A stretch of DNA of 63,694 nt, filler included. It is 9 parts of 9 records of this genome, joined end to end, with 100 filler letters (N's around TTAATTAATTAA, not from the genome) between each part and the next. Parts side by side here need not be neighbours in the genome. Positions count along the whole stretch, not along the records: positions 35,147 to 43,974 come from SRR7504441_448; positions 44,075 to 56,612 come from SRR7504441_452; 7 more parts are not named here. One strand, 5' to 3'. Under the pieces are notes generated by a model, which made no database searches, had not been told where the DNA came from, and saw only the letters and a program-made list of their open reading frames with translations. Within the stretch, counting starts at the first letter, position 1; the number at the start of each line of letters is the position of its first letter. Shown here in pieces: positions 35,148 through 51,660 of the stretch. A program made the position numbers and the translations under genes.

Positions 35148-38100
35148 AAGGGTGCGCCTGAGCCAGCCCCCAAGAGTGGAAAGAATGGCCAAGGCAAGAC
35201 AAAACCTCTTCCGGAGCCTAGTCCAAAGACAAAGGCTGCCCCTGAGCCTACCCAGTGTAGCGGAAAGACTGGTCAAGGCAAGACAAAACCTCTGCAGGAT
35301 CCTGTCCCAAAGAACGCGGCGGAGGAAGAGGAAATGCTTAGGAAGGCTATCGAAGCGAGCAAGAGGGAGGCATCATACAACCCAGGGAAGCCAAGGAAGA
35401 CCAAGTTGGCTTCTCTCACACGTCAAGAGGCCTGTGAATTGGACTGGTTGGCCTTGTCACACTGGTCCACACGGTCGATGCTCAAAGGGATGCAAGTGCT
35501 CAAGCAGGAACGCTGGGCCAATTGGCTCAGCAGCTTGGTAAGCTGGCAGAACATGCTCAGCGAGCTGTCCTGCAGTAGGCTGATGGCTGATGCATTGCGC
35601 GCATGGGTCAGGAACTGGGCAGTAGATGCACCGAGGAATCTACTAGATAAGCCGAGGGAAGCTCAAGATGAAAAACAAACATGCAAGGTGAAAAGCAAGC
35701 CAGGGAAGAAGAAGAGAACTTTACAATCAGATGAGAGCAACAAAACCCCAGGAGCAGCTGCTGGACCCGAATTGCCACCAGAGCTCCACACGGTGGTCTG
35801 CAAGGAGCCTGCCGAGGAAACGGCACAATTTGAAAGCGAGCCTGAGGATGTGCAAGCCAAGTTTGATTGTCCGACTTGTGGTACCGAGCAGATGTGCAAT
35901 ATTTTGTGTATGAACGGCATGAATACTGGAGTTGAGAAATCACTCTGCATAATCTGCCCTGTTTGTGAGAGCAAGCTGGCACACGATGTTGAACACGCTA
36001 TGGATGAGGAGCTGGCTGGGATGAATCTCACTGATCAACACCTACAAAAGCTGAAGAAGGACGCAAACCAGCTATATGAGCGGGCTGGATGCTTTGGTAA
36101 GCAAGGACTGACTTCCAAGCGATCGTTGAAAAGGGTGATGCAGCACAGCTGCAACTTGAAGCACAAGCTAGTGAACAACGGCTGGAAGGCATTCTTTGCA
36201 GAATGCGAACTAACTGACAAAGATGGTGCGCAGCCCTGCACCTCTTGTGTGATTATTTTGGCAGGACGTGAGACTGGTATCATTGATCCTCATAGATTCA
36301 TAACTTCATATGTGGTGAAGATTGGACAATGCCTGCTTCGAGGGCTGGGACAAGATCCCGAAGTCAAATCGAAGATGAGGAAGCAAGAAAAGCAGAAGAG
36401 GGCAAGCAATGCAGAACAATGCAGCACAGCAAGGCAGATGGTAGCGAGCAATACAGAGCTTCAGCATGAGTCCAACGTGAGGAAGCAGGTCCCAGACGAG
36501 GATGCCCCAATGGTTGAAGGAACAGTGCCAAAAGGCTTTCGGGAGGGGTCTGAGATGGTGCTTGAGTCGGATGGGGCCTTGTACACCTTGCCCCCATGGG
36601 TCTCGACCGTGCCAGGCACAGTTTTCAGGGTCCGCAAGGACGAGTTGACACCATATGAGCCCGACAAAAGCCAGATTTATCGAATAATGAATGCAAATGG
36701 TGAGTCCTACCGCCCTGCATGGCTCGATCCGCAGAACGTGCAGCTTGGAGTTGAGCCAGCATTAGACTCTGCGACAGCTCTGGAGGACGCCGAGGCTGGG
36801 GGGAGTAGCAAGGGGCTGAGCAAGCATGATAGGGAGAAGGAAGCCCTTAAAGCTCAGACAAAGGAAGAGGTGAAAAATGATAGGAAGAAGGAAGCCCTTA
36901 GGGCTAAGATAGTGGAAGACGTGAAAAAGGCGAGGGAACTGCAGAAGTCTGAGGCTGCTCGCAACAATCCTTCAGAGCAAAACATACGGGCTCTTGTGAA
37001 GTTTCACGTGTCCAGGTTGAACTCATTCGAGACGGTCATCGACATCCTGGGCCTGAGAGGCAAGGTCACAGCCCCACAGCTGAATGACTGGATTAATTTC
37101 AAGGACTTTGAACTGGACACGCTAATAACCACGCGCGTAAAGAAGACACCTTTTGCATCTGTGGAGACATACAAGGCTTTGGACGCAGAGATGGAGGCGG
37201 CATATGTGGAGGCACGCATCCAACGAGATAGACATCCCAAACCGGCAGAGCAAGCTCGACCTACTGCATCCGAGGCTGCTACCCAATTCGACATGGATGA
37301 AAAGGCCTGCCCGATATGTCGCCGGCTATTGAGCACCCCCTTGCTGAGGCGATACCATGAAAAAGTGTGCAAACCAGCAAAACCAGTTGAAGCAGTGAGG
37401 CAGGAGACACCCCAGCAGCTGGAGTCTGTGGCTGTAGTTTGCACTGTGTCGGGATTAATGGCCTGCAACGTCGATACACTGGTCTGGCATTACACCACAT
37501 TGAACGTGAGCAAAATTTACCTGTACTTAGATGACCAAGAGGTTTCTGATGGTCTGAAAATGGCGCTTGAGACGCTGTCACGCACACAAAGTGTCGCTGA
37601 GGTGGTTCCAATCGATGAAGCTCCCAAGGCGCATGATCCAGATGTAAGCTCTCGCACTTCAGTTGCCTCCTGTCTGCTTAAGCAGGATAGGCCGTGCGAG
37701 TGGTTTCTCACTGGTATGTGACAGGTGCGCAGCAGGCTGTATGCAGAACACGCACTGGGTCTTGCAAAGGCAGCGGGCATAGATTGGTTGCTACAGATTG
37801 ACTGCAACGAGCTCCTGTGGCTTCCAGAGGAGTTTGACGACGCCAGATGCTTCTTCTCCTACTTATCTTCCCACAAGATTGCCATGTACACATTCAAGAC
37901 TCTCCGTGGGATCCCGGTAAGCCCAACAGCTGCTGCAAGTCTGACGAGCCTGGCCCTGCAGGATGGCAACCATATCATTGACCCTTTTCTTGAGGTGAAC
38001 CAGTTCGGTGCGGTTTCAGGCTGCTGTCAGCACAACAGCCTGTGGGACACCAAACCCCCATCACATGTGCCCCTCGGCCGGGTTGCTGTGCGCACCCAGC

Positions 38101-39186
38101 ATGCCAATCGCATGCTCTGGTACGAGATGTGGGAGCTAGTCGACGCCGATGGCGTGCCACTGGACCCCTCGCACTATAATGCTAAAAGCAAAAACCTCCT
38201 TTGGCAAAACAACAGCAATATGAGCACCAAGTCCATCACCGGACGTCAGCACGAGGTATTTGGATCTGAGGAGTTGAAGCATTATAGATCTATAGACCAA
38301 GTGCATCACTTGGACGACGGAATCGTAGCCAAGGCCTCGATTCTATGCTTCAGGGACTGCGACTTCGCCTCGTTCTGGATGAAGAGGCGCGGATACTCCC
38401 GACTGCTCTGCCCAGAGACTGAGCAGGGCCAAACGCCAGGCGCGCAACAGGGCCAAACGCCAGATATGCACGGCGGGGTACGAGTGCCCCCTCAAGACTC
38501 CAAGGTGATCACAGTGGCCTTTGAGCGGGAGCGAGACGCGCACCGGCTGTTCCAGCAGCGCATCGACATGGAGCGGCAGGGCCCTGTGTACACAATCGAC
38601 CTAGGTAGGCTGCGGGAGCCGCACCCAGCCGTGTTCGACACCAAGACTCTAGCATTCAGTGCACTGGAGTCGTCGCATTGCGCGGAGGCCGCATACTTCT
38701 TTGCTCGGGAAGCACGGTGCGTATGCCTGCCTGGACCCTGGTATTGATAATCGATGGTGCAGGAAAGCGACTCGCCGGAATGAGCTTTATGCGTTGTGGC
38801 TCTCTCGGGCGTCGAGTGCGATCAAGGCTCATCTGTACACGGCTTCTGTCCAGGCCGCCGAGTGTGCAATTGTCTGCGCTCTTGGCATGTCAGATGAGGT
38901 GAGCCAGAGGTGCCGAGTCGACGCACTGCTGATCAAATCGATTGCCTTGGCGACCCTAGGACTGTCGACGTCTGCTGAGAAAACCAAGCAGGCTGCGCTA
39001 GACAGCTGCCAAGGCGAACTCAGCCCCTCGCAGCAGGCGCTGATCAGTGCTCGGGACAAAACCGCGACAAAGTGGTCCGAGTACAATTATCGATTCCGGT
39101 CAGAGGAGAATGAGCTCATCCGCCAAGGCCAACGCAAGGAGCTCATGCAAGAATGGAGCAGCAATGAACTAGAAGCTCACGCGTGA
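35148..39186 (+). CDS. Large multidomain protein (5' truncated): UIM-like motif, Cys-pair zinc fingers, GT2/GT92-like glycosyltransferase domain, helical tail
   Basis: The frame is open from the contig start. Motifs are EEEEMLRKAIEASKRE (UIM), CPTC..CPVC, CPICRR...HEKVC (C2HC) and VAVVCTV...KIYLYLDD...GIDWLLQIDCNELL (GT-A). Introns are 37644-37724 and about 38717-38762. Confidence 0.55.
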
Positions 39187-39474
39187 TGCCACATAACTAC
39201 TGTAAGTTTACGGGTTCTAACCTGAAACTAGCTCATGCTCAAAACTAGTGATTTTGACGATTTTATTGGAACATGCCTAGAACATGCCTTCATTTTGCTA
39301 ATGCCTCAATAAAGGCGAAATGAACCCCCTGATACCAACTAACTATATATTCAATGGTATACGCGGTTGTAATAATGTCATGATAATGTCATGAGAATTC
39401 GACGGCAAATCGATAACTAATCTTGATTCAGCAGGGCCCGTAGGCATGCGCATAGGGAGCGATGAGCGTTCTGT

Positions 39475-42433
<2,959 letters not shown>

Positions 42434-42780
42434 TCGCAATCTGGCCATGAATCAATTGCTCAGGATTTGCGTGTTGTTCGTTAGAGAAGACTAGATCGCT
42501 TGCTAGTACTAGCCGGTTACTTGGTTTATTTATGGTTACCCGATTGTAAATGGTTTCGAGCTCGAGTCCGTCACGGTTAGGACTCAAGAGTTCGCGATTC
42601 GACCGCTCGAATACTCGCGATCGTACCTGGTACCTGCGGTACAGATCTAGAGACCGTTATGGCAGTTATCTCCGGACCAGACCGGGTAGGTCGAGACGAC
42701 CAGGTGTGGTCCAGTGTGCGGTGGTGGGCTGATGCTGTTTGGGCAGGTGGTTACCCGGCTCAAAGGCACCCGGCCGGCAG

Positions 42781-43112
42781 GTAGCTGGATGGCCCATTAG
42801 TTGGCTGCTGGGCTGGGCCGGCTGCTTGCCTTAGTTGGCCGGGTTTGGCTGGGTTTGGCCGACTTGCCGGCTTCTTGCCGGCTTCTGGGCCTTCTGCCTG
42901 GGCCGCCTGGCCGCCTGGGGGGGCTCGACCGCCTGGGGGGCGGTAGCCGGATGGCCCATTAGTTGGCTGCAGCGCTGGGCCGGCGGCTTGCCTTTGTTGG
43001 CCGGGTTGGGCCTGCTTCTGTGCCGCCTGGGCCGCCTGGGCCGCCTGGGCCGGTAGCTGGATGGCCCATTAGTTGGTTGCTGGGCTGGGCCGGCGGCTTG
43101 CCTTAGTTGGCC
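42781..43112. repeat. Three copies of a ~61-bp unit separated by GCCGCCTGG-rich low-complexity spacers
   Basis: GTAGC(T/C)GGATGGCCCATTAGTTGG(C/T)TGC...GGGCCGGC(T/G)GCTTGCCTT(A/T)GTTGGCCGG begins at 42781, 42943 and 43053. Confidence 0.85.
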
Positions 43113-43180
43113 GGCATCCTAACCACGTTGGCCCAGGTGAAATTTATAACGCGTCACACTGCACCAGGTTGTAGCAACAC

Positions 43181-43974
43181 ATGTCAGACGATGCAACAGC
43201 AAACAACAACATTAAGAACGAGCCGGAAGAAAGCCACCCTTACACTGGGATTAACTCTAACACCGGCGATTCACATGGAAATAAGCCAACGATTCGTCGG
43301 ATCCTCGCATCGAATTCCTCTCTGCTGCTGAGCCCTGCTCCGGACACACCATATTTCGAGCCATTCCCTGCCCACGCAGGAGCTGCGGCTAACAACCCAG
43401 CTGTGCGTCAACAAATCCTTCAGTACGCTCACCTTCTGGAGACATTGCTGGCCGCGATTCAAGAGCAAAGAGAACAAAAGGCCGGCGAAGTGGTGGATTT
43501 GGGACCATGCGAATTATGCTGTTGTCTGCTCAATTGCTGCTGGGTTTTCGATTTGTGCGGCGTACAAGAGGCACAAAACGAGTATTACCGGATCCAAAGC
43601 TTTAAGGGAGCGATTCGCAGTTTTTACCTCGGCCAGATCAACGTAGCCTGGGCTCAGCCACAAGGCATCCAACTGCGCATGGGTTCGCGTCCGACTGGTG
43701 AGCATGGGGAGTATTCTGTAGATTATGACTCGCCCCACTCCGAGGATGTTTACTATCTGACCGCCGTGGAGAATTTCGATCCACGCCTATATACGCAAGA
43801 GCAGATAAAACAAGCCTTGTTGCAGGTTCAGTCACAGTATGCACAGGGAATAGCAGGAGGAGGAGAGGATGATGGCCATGCCTGTCAGGATTATGCAAAC
43901 AAGTTTCTTCAGGAGTATGACAGGGCGGCTCTTCCCCAATTGCCCCAGCAGCTAGGTGCCTGTGCCCCTGCACC
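43181..43974 (+). CDS. Hypothetical Cys-cluster protein (possibly ERF4/GOLGA7-like), intronless, 3' truncated
   Basis: ORF of at least 264 aa containing CELCCCLLNCCW followed by ..QINVAWAQPQGIQLRM. The family resemblance is weak. Confidence 0.45.
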
Positions 43975-44074
43975 NNNNNNNNNNNNNNNNNNNNNNNNNN
44001 NNNNNNNNNNNNNNNNNNTTAATTAATTAANNNNNNNNNNNNNNNNNNNNNNNNNNNNNNNNNNNNNNNNNNNN
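43975..44074. other. Artificial contig spacer
   Basis: N44-TTAATTAATTAA-N44. Confidence 0.98.
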
Positions 44075-47000
44075 GTCCAGCTTGTAGAATGGGACATCTA
44101 AGAATGTGGCTAAGTACTGAATTGAATACGTTTTACCACACCCGGTCTCGCCCATGATTACCACAGGCATCCCACATCGTGTGCGATTGAACACAGCAAG
44201 CATTTTCATAATGTTATCAATTGTCAGAGTAAATGTGTTCATAATTCGCTCTCGGGCAGCCCGGCTGGCTGGCACATAGTGGTTGGGATTGAGCTTTCGC
44301 CAAGTGTTGGTGCTAGGGTCCATGTGCAGATCCCTCCCACCCGGATAGGTCACTCCACACATTCGCTTGAGCAAGGCTACACCAGCCTCTTGGAGCGATA
44401 GTGTCCCAACCTGACTGGCCATTGCGTGTGTCACATGACCATGCTCACCCATCGGCACTTCTTCCCCAGTATAGTCGACAAATTGTTCCCAGCTACCCTT
44501 AATAGATTGCCAGTAGTCCCGCACTTCCATATCAAGGACAGCTGGGTTGAGACACAACGATGTGAACTCGCCATTCCAGTTGTAAACCATATGCCCCCAG
44601 TCATGATTCGGATTGGGCTGCGACACGCCTGGGAGAAGTATCCCTCGGCTGGTCCACTGGTTCATTAATATTAACGTCTGTTGATCGTCTTGTTGGGAAA
44701 GACCAAGAGCTACCACCTGTTCGGCAAGGAGCGAGTTTTTGGCTAAAGACCGTGCTGTCACAGACTGGCTCATTTCAACCAAGCGTGCAACAATCCTGAC
44801 CATGATGTCTTTCTTACCAGTTTTATTCTGTATTGTCTTTGCATCTCCGCCATGACGGGTGTTCTCAATGATCTCGAATGCATTCGCATGGAGGCAGTGA
44901 ATAAAGTTGATTGTCAGAATCAGAGAGCATTCAGAGATCTTTGCGGATCCTTCTCCTGCGACTCTTGGCGAAACGTCATCTAGAATCTGCATGCATTGAT
45001 TATACGACATTTGTGGAAAGTCTTGAGATCTGAATTTATTTGTCGGTCGTCCTTGGGCATCTGTGGGTTCGTTCAGTAGTTGACCATGGTTGTTTAATAG
45101 CGCGTGGAGCCATTTGCACACTGTCTGCACTTCTGGCAAATCTGTATCGAGCACTACTTGGTGGACCTGACCACCTCCGAGCCTGTCTAGTTGCGGACTA
45201 TCAAGCATCGCCCGATTAAAGACACAGATCTCACACGGAAGCAAATTGACGAACCTCAAACGCTTCTTGAAATCATCTTGCTCCGTGGGCGTGCCCAGGG
45301 CTGGAAATTCCACAAGTACTGGATGCACAGTGTGCAAAGGATTGACATATCTGCCCTGTGTGTCAATGAGTACGCCGAGCACAATTAGAGAAAACATCAG
45401 CATATCGATGCTCTCATTGCTTACTGGAGATAGCATTAGATGTAACACAGACGAGGTGTCGCGGCACCTAGTGTTGCCATCTACAGTGTAACTGCTAGTC
45501 ATGCCATCGCTGTCAAGGACGGTAGCAGCCGTAGTATTATGGTAGATGGCCAATGGAATGTACTGTAGCTGCTTTGATTGAGCTAAGTGCTGAATCCGAT
45601 ATGTCTTGCCTGCTCCTGCAACATCGGATTTGAATACCCTCACTGCTGGGCTCTTTGCCTTGATCTCCTTGTCATAAACACTGCTCAACAGATCTTTGAA
45701 AGCCTCATCGGACGGAAGCGGCACTGTGCGATGATACTTGCTGAGTGCTGCAGTCAAAAGTGACGAATGATTAACTGAACTGCTGGCAATCAGCACAAGC
45801 CGTCCGAGCCGCCCGTGGCCGTACTTCTCCTTTATTATTCTCAACAATTTGGTCTGAATCGCGAATGGCAACCGCTCCGGGAGTAGCAAAGCATACATGC
45901 TTTCAGGATCATTACGGTCGTCGCAACTGCGCATCACGAGCAGCTCTACACTTTCTTCCGCAGTGGTCAAATCACACCGAAGCACCTCGTGAGGGTCGGG
46001 CAAACGACCAAAGTGGCCATAAAGATTAAGGACCATTGGCAATACGTCGTAATCGTTTGCGAGCCTCACAAAGTGAGGCACACCAAATCCGAATTGCTCA
46101 CAGATCGACCCACCAAGCTGCAGGTTACTGCTCGAGAGCCTTCTGCGGGGCCGTCCAATATTTCTAGCCGCCACGACTTGATCCAATGCAAGTCCAAGTT
46201 TCTGAATCTGCTCTATTCCCAATTTCCAAGCACCTTGATCAATCAGAGATTGGCTAAGGTCGCTATTGGCCCTTTGGAGTTTGCTGATATCATTAGCCAT
46301 CGCATTGATAAGATCTTGAGTTTTGGATTCCTTAGTGCAACCCATAAAAAGCAGCGCATGCTTGACTTGCTCGGTGCAGCCATTTTTGCAATCCCATGCC
46401 AGCTGCATAAGTTGCGGCACTGTGAAGTAATTGAGTGAAGTGTGCTTTTCGCGCTGTCTGCTCACACTATCTTTCCACAATCCTAGCTCCCTGAGCCGTG
46501 TTTGACGCACCTTGCCAACCTGATGAGGACTCATATACTCTTGCGCACTCATTGCAGCAGCGTTTGCTGACAGTGGAATGCATGTCTCGTAGCCGTCTGC
46601 CCCAGATTCGCGATTTCCAGAAAGGTAAAGATCGACGAGTACCTGATTTAAAGTCTCAACTTGTACCAGCAGAGCTTGGTACTCATCACGTGCTGTTCCG
46701 AATTCTTCGACCAGCTCATCATCCATTAAAAATAGTCGGTCACTCAAATCTGACGCGTATGTAAACGAGATTACTGCTTGCTTGCCACCCTCAGGCATGC
46801 TAAAATCCTGGCCCTGGGCATGCACTAATGTCATGCAACTCTGGAACAGCTTCAACCCAACTTTGTGTTCATCGTCTTGCTCTTTTACAACAGGATGCAC
46901 GCAGCGCCAGAGGCCCTGCTGCACTAGCACCGCAACCAGCTCTGCATCTTTCTTTCCAGAATCCATCTTCTGCATCGACTGCATTGCAGCTACAGTGGAT

Positions 47001-50000
47001 AGGGTAGCTCGAGCCCTCTGGATCTTTTTGACGAACTCTCCGCTATCTTTTACATTGATATTTCTCGTCGCCGCATTGAGTCGGTCCATAATCACTTGAA
47101 GCGACAAATGCGCTTCATTGGGTGCAAGAATCGATACGAGAATGTGCCGGACTGACTCAAGATCATAGAAGGCCTTCATTTGCTGGGGTGTGTACTCCGA
47201 TCTATTTTCACTGATAAGCTGGGAGAACCCAGCAAAATCGCTGTCGTTTCGTACAAATGCAAACTTCTGTTGGATTAGCATCTGAATTAAATGATCCTGC
47301 TGCTGAACTTGGTTCAGCACCTGAAGAATTACTCGGTTTTCAGCCGAGAGAGCCGAAAACATGGTGGAGAGCTTCCCCAGAGTGCTTGTTTGTTCACCCA
47401 TGTCTTTCAAAGTGAGCCTGTTCATGTCTTTAAGATTATCACACAGGGCAAGCAGCTTTTGGTATTCTGCATCATCATCACCCGCAAAGCGTCCTTGTAT
47501 TGTCAGGGACTTGATGAGGTCAATGAAAGCAATCACAAAGGTGGATTGGCTTCGCAGAAAGAGAAAGCCATTGAATGCACCGACGATGTCTGGGCAGCGG
47601 TTGTCAGCATCACTGGCACATGCGCTTATTGACGCCACAACTTGAATTTCGGTCTCTAATAAGGCATTGTCTGACACTCGGGTCAACTGGAGCTTCAGTA
47701 CATTCGCAAACCACTTCTCAAGCTCAGATAGCTGGATAGTCAAGTCACAGAGCCTTGGAGCCACACCTTCCCATTCTGCAAACAACTGTGGCAGCAGCAA
47801 TTCAAAAAAGTCATGCTCAGAGAGGGGACTTTTACGAAAGTCAACGCCACTGCCTTGTGCATGGCTGGTAATAGCCTGCTTACATACACTTGGGAAGAGG
47901 ATTTTAGAATCCAGCATTGTCGCAAGCCTTGCCAGCTCAGGCTCGTGGCGTCCAATGAACAGCATTGAAGGTGACGCCCGCACTTGCTGCATGGTGATCT
48001 GATCCCATTGCTCAAATCGCAGTGTCTCGGATTCCAGAATGAAGGTTTGAAGGTCATCAGCGCGGTTAGGAAAGAAGGCCTTGAAGAAAGATGTCACCTG
48101 CTCAAGTAGACCTTTGCGTAGAATGAGTGCTTGAAAGTCGTCAAACACAGTGTCAGATTTCTCAGCGCTAAACAGAGCACTTCCAGAGCTACGAAACAAC
48201 TGGGAGACCAGTGCTCGGTGAGCAGAGCAGCACCTCATCTTTTCCATTGAGCATCGCTCATTGTAAAAGTCCTCCATCAGAGTATTCAAAAGCTTACCTA
48301 GCTTCGCTAATGTGTCGGCAGTGAATTTAGCTCGGTCCACCTGAGTCTTGTTTTGCGCAGCAAATTGCATAAGCTGTAGTAAAACTTTCAACAAATGTTC
48401 CGTAGTAAGAAGTGTCTTCGTAGCCTGCACACTCTCGCTTTTCAGGAAGACAAAGGTCGCTTCACAAAATTGATCAAGGAGCTGCAGCCCCAGTTCCACG
48501 TTCACTGCAGCTTCTACAGTGACAGACGCAATGGTGAGTGCCTGGGTGTACAACTGACTTCGACACTTGTGTGCAATCCAATCTGTAAGATGCGAAACAA
48601 TCAGCTGCGACAGTTCTGGATTAAGTGACGATAGCGGCATATCTGGCTCTACCACCAGGCTTCTGCTCGCATCCTCGTCAGCACTGCGCAACCTACTAGT
48701 GCAGACACTCAGTAGGGCGTCGTGCAAGAAATCACGGGTGATGAGCTCGTTGCACCGTTGGAACAGTTCAAGCACATGGAGCGGGCCAAGCTTCTTCTCA
48801 ATATATCTGGTTATAGCTCTCTCAAACTCTTGTTTGCTGCTGGCCCCAGAGTCTGGGTCAAAGCTGAGAATGGCTGCAGTGACGGAAACATCTGGGGCCA
48901 TGCCACCTGTTTGGTTGGGCAAGCTGATGTCAGCTTGACTAGCTGCTGAAGGGGAGCGGAGCGATACTTGTTCAGGTTTGAGTGTCTCAGGCTGTAAGAT
49001 CTCAGCAATAATGGCAATCATCACCGGCAGGTCTTCTGGTACAAAATACGAGGATTGCAATAAGTTGGTGCCCAGCTGCATCGAGCCCAAGGCAGGCATC
49101 CCAGGTAACCATTCTGCAAAGACGGCACTGCGGACCATTTTCATTACGGTTCTGGCATCCTCCCTAGTTTGTGTGGCTGTGACCAAGTTTGCAAGCATCA
49201 TCTTTGCAGCACCTTGTACGCAACCCAGCTTCTGAAGTTTGGAGGTGGCCATCAAAAGTTCGAGCACCTCTGTTAACGCGGCTTCTGGATTATCCCAGCA
49301 ACACTTGAGTAATGGTATCTCTTGTAACATTCCAGCCACGGCGATCTCGACTGGTATCCACGCATCACGCTGTCTACCTTCAAGGTGGGAATAGTGCTCC
49401 ATTGCGAGAACCCTGCTCAGTAAGTGTATGACCGCCTTCATATCTGGTGCCATGCTAACCAACTCTTCGGGCAGAGGTCGAGGTTTGCTGCCCAACGCAC
49501 CTATATCGCGCTCGAATAGTCCTCGATCAATCAGTTCATCAACCTCCCCAGTAAAAAAGGTGTGTGTAAGTGGCGCCTTCTCAGCACTGCCTGCTTTCGA
49601 AAGCATCGTGAATCTATGGGGTGGCGATCGCTGCTGCGAACCAGATTTTCTGGCAAGATAATTGATGAGAGCGAAGAATCGAATCGACCGGCCGTTGGTT
49701 TGCTCTGCTGCAGATTTAGAAATGCGCTCAAAGGCTTGCTGCAATACTAGGCTATTGCTGCCAGCAGCAATGAGTGCTTCCACTTGTTTACTTCCAGACA
49801 TGACAGATTCCGTGATCAAATAGGCAAAATCCCACACATATGTCAGCGCCCGATCCTGGTTACCGTAGGCCTGTTGTGCTGGATCTACCAGTGATGGTAT
49901 TAGGCAGAGCAGCACTGGCGTTACCTGCCGACCAACCGCTTGTTATAAGATGAGTATGCTACGGAGTAACTAGCATCTCAAAAATCAAGAATAGCCCCAG

Positions 50001-51660
50001 CACATACCGTCACACTGTTCTGTTCGATTTGTTGCACCCGAACAAGCTTCTCTTCAAAGCACGGAAGGCTGGAAACAGCAGCAACACACGATTGACTAGC
50101 CAGCCGAAACAGCTCGCAAGCCTGCCGAAGCTCAATACGGAGGTTGACTGCCGCGTCTAGAGTCTCCTCAAACATCAGCGTGGCAGGCTCAGAATCATGC
50201 ATCATCATTTTCACTGCAGTAACAGACCGAGATCAGAACATGTTCAGGTCTCGCATTTGCCTGCATGGGCTTGTTTAAAATCCAGTTCTGCGACAGGAAA
50301 AACAGGAATCGGGTGACTGCTGCACCACTCTATCATCTGTTGGCCTCCACCAAAGCTAGCTGTCCGGAGAGAAACCTGAAGCTGGTTGTCTGCCCCCCGG
50401 CACCTGCTCCGGACCCATCTGTTGCCCTGCACTCAGATCTGTCACTGCAAGTGCACCAGCATGGACACCTCTGCTAAAACCAGGCAGTATCGGAACTGCC
50501 CTGGACGCTGGCGCATGGCAACTGTGCCACTCACAATCTGGTGATTGACGCCTGTTCTGAAGAATTCAACCTGCCCAAAAGGTCGGCTGAGGCTAGGCCG
50601 AGCTAGAACTAATCAAATTATATCAAATTGTATCGAGTGGCACTGGGGTGAGCTCGACTGCTGGGGTGAGATCCTGGGCGAATTTGCCATCAGCTGATTC
50701 GAGCATTATCATCAGCCTGCAGCTGCTGCCAGCGGCCATTGGGTGCACGGCATAGAAGGTCACCTGCCAGCCTGTTGCTACCCGGGCGTCGGTCTGGCAC
50801 CTCCGTATTTGCATCCGGAGGCGGTGTGCTCGCCTTAGATGCGCCAGTGTGCACCTGGCAAAAGCCTGAGCTGGGCGCATTCTCAGACGGAAACAGCCGG
50901 CACGGTACATTCTCAGCCACAATCAGCCATTCACAGCAGCTGGCACACCATGGGAATCCGGGTGTACGGAGACCAGCAGGTGCCTCCGTCCTTGCGCATT
51001 TGACTCGTGGCCACGTGAGCCAAGGCCATGGAGCACACTGCGGCGCACACTCAGCCAAAATCCAAATCCAGCGCCTCACTATCCTGTATGAGCCGGTTTG
51101 CGCTGTGCGACTCCGCCGCGCCCGGCACGTTCTGCAGTCCGTTGGCCACGTTATGCTGAACAGCCTGCCCCGGCTCGCCCAGCCCTCGACGAGCCGGCGC
51201 ACCGTGTTATATGCCTCGGCGAGCGACTCGAGACGGTTCCGTTGGTTGGACTCGGCCATCTGCAGCCAGCTGGCCCGCATGTCCGCGCTCATCGGCTGGC
51301 CCAATTCGAGCGGCCTGCCCACCGCTCCGGCCGGCCGAGGGCGGCGGGCACCGGTAGTGCGGCGCCACGTCCGGAGGGACCGGCGCCTGGTGCTCGGGCG
51401 CCCGGCGGGGATCTCGCCAGGTAGAGGTGCCCCGTCCCACCTGGACAAAGTAGTAGGCCTCTTTAAACCGGCGGTGCCGCTTGCGCTCCCAGCCTGTCCG
51501 CTGGGATCAGGCCTCGGTCAGCGCGGGGCTCGCCGGCTGGGAGTGGCGGGTCCGGGTCATCGGTGTCCGAGTTGTCGGAAAAGCCGTCGCCCTGCCCTGG
51601 CGGCGCGATGTCAGGCGGCCGCACAGTGTCGGCCTTGGAGCGGCAGGGCAGGCATCCCAT
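44075..51660 (-). CDS. RNF213: RNF213/mysterin-like giant dynein-type AAA+ ATPase (3' truncated), with N-terminal MGC acylation motif, WW and CBM20-like domains
   Basis: FTLTIDNIMKMLAVFNRTRCGMPVVIMGETGCGKT closely matches the recalled RNF213 LTTDNMLKILAIEMRFRCGIPVIIMGETGCGKT. SDVAGAGKT, LPDPHEVLRC..TAEESVELL and LNYFTVPQL also fit. About nine short 5' introns (e.g. 51494-51533, 50214-50260, 49925-50007) connect the 5.85-kb exon to ATG 51660 (MGCLPC...LPAGWERKRHRRFKEAYYFVQVGRGTSTWRDP). Confidence 0.8.

Noticed and set aside
42781-43112. Repeat-spacer pattern as a CRISPR array
   Set aside because: Only three ~61-bp units, with unequal low-complexity spacers, no cas genes and a eukaryotic context.
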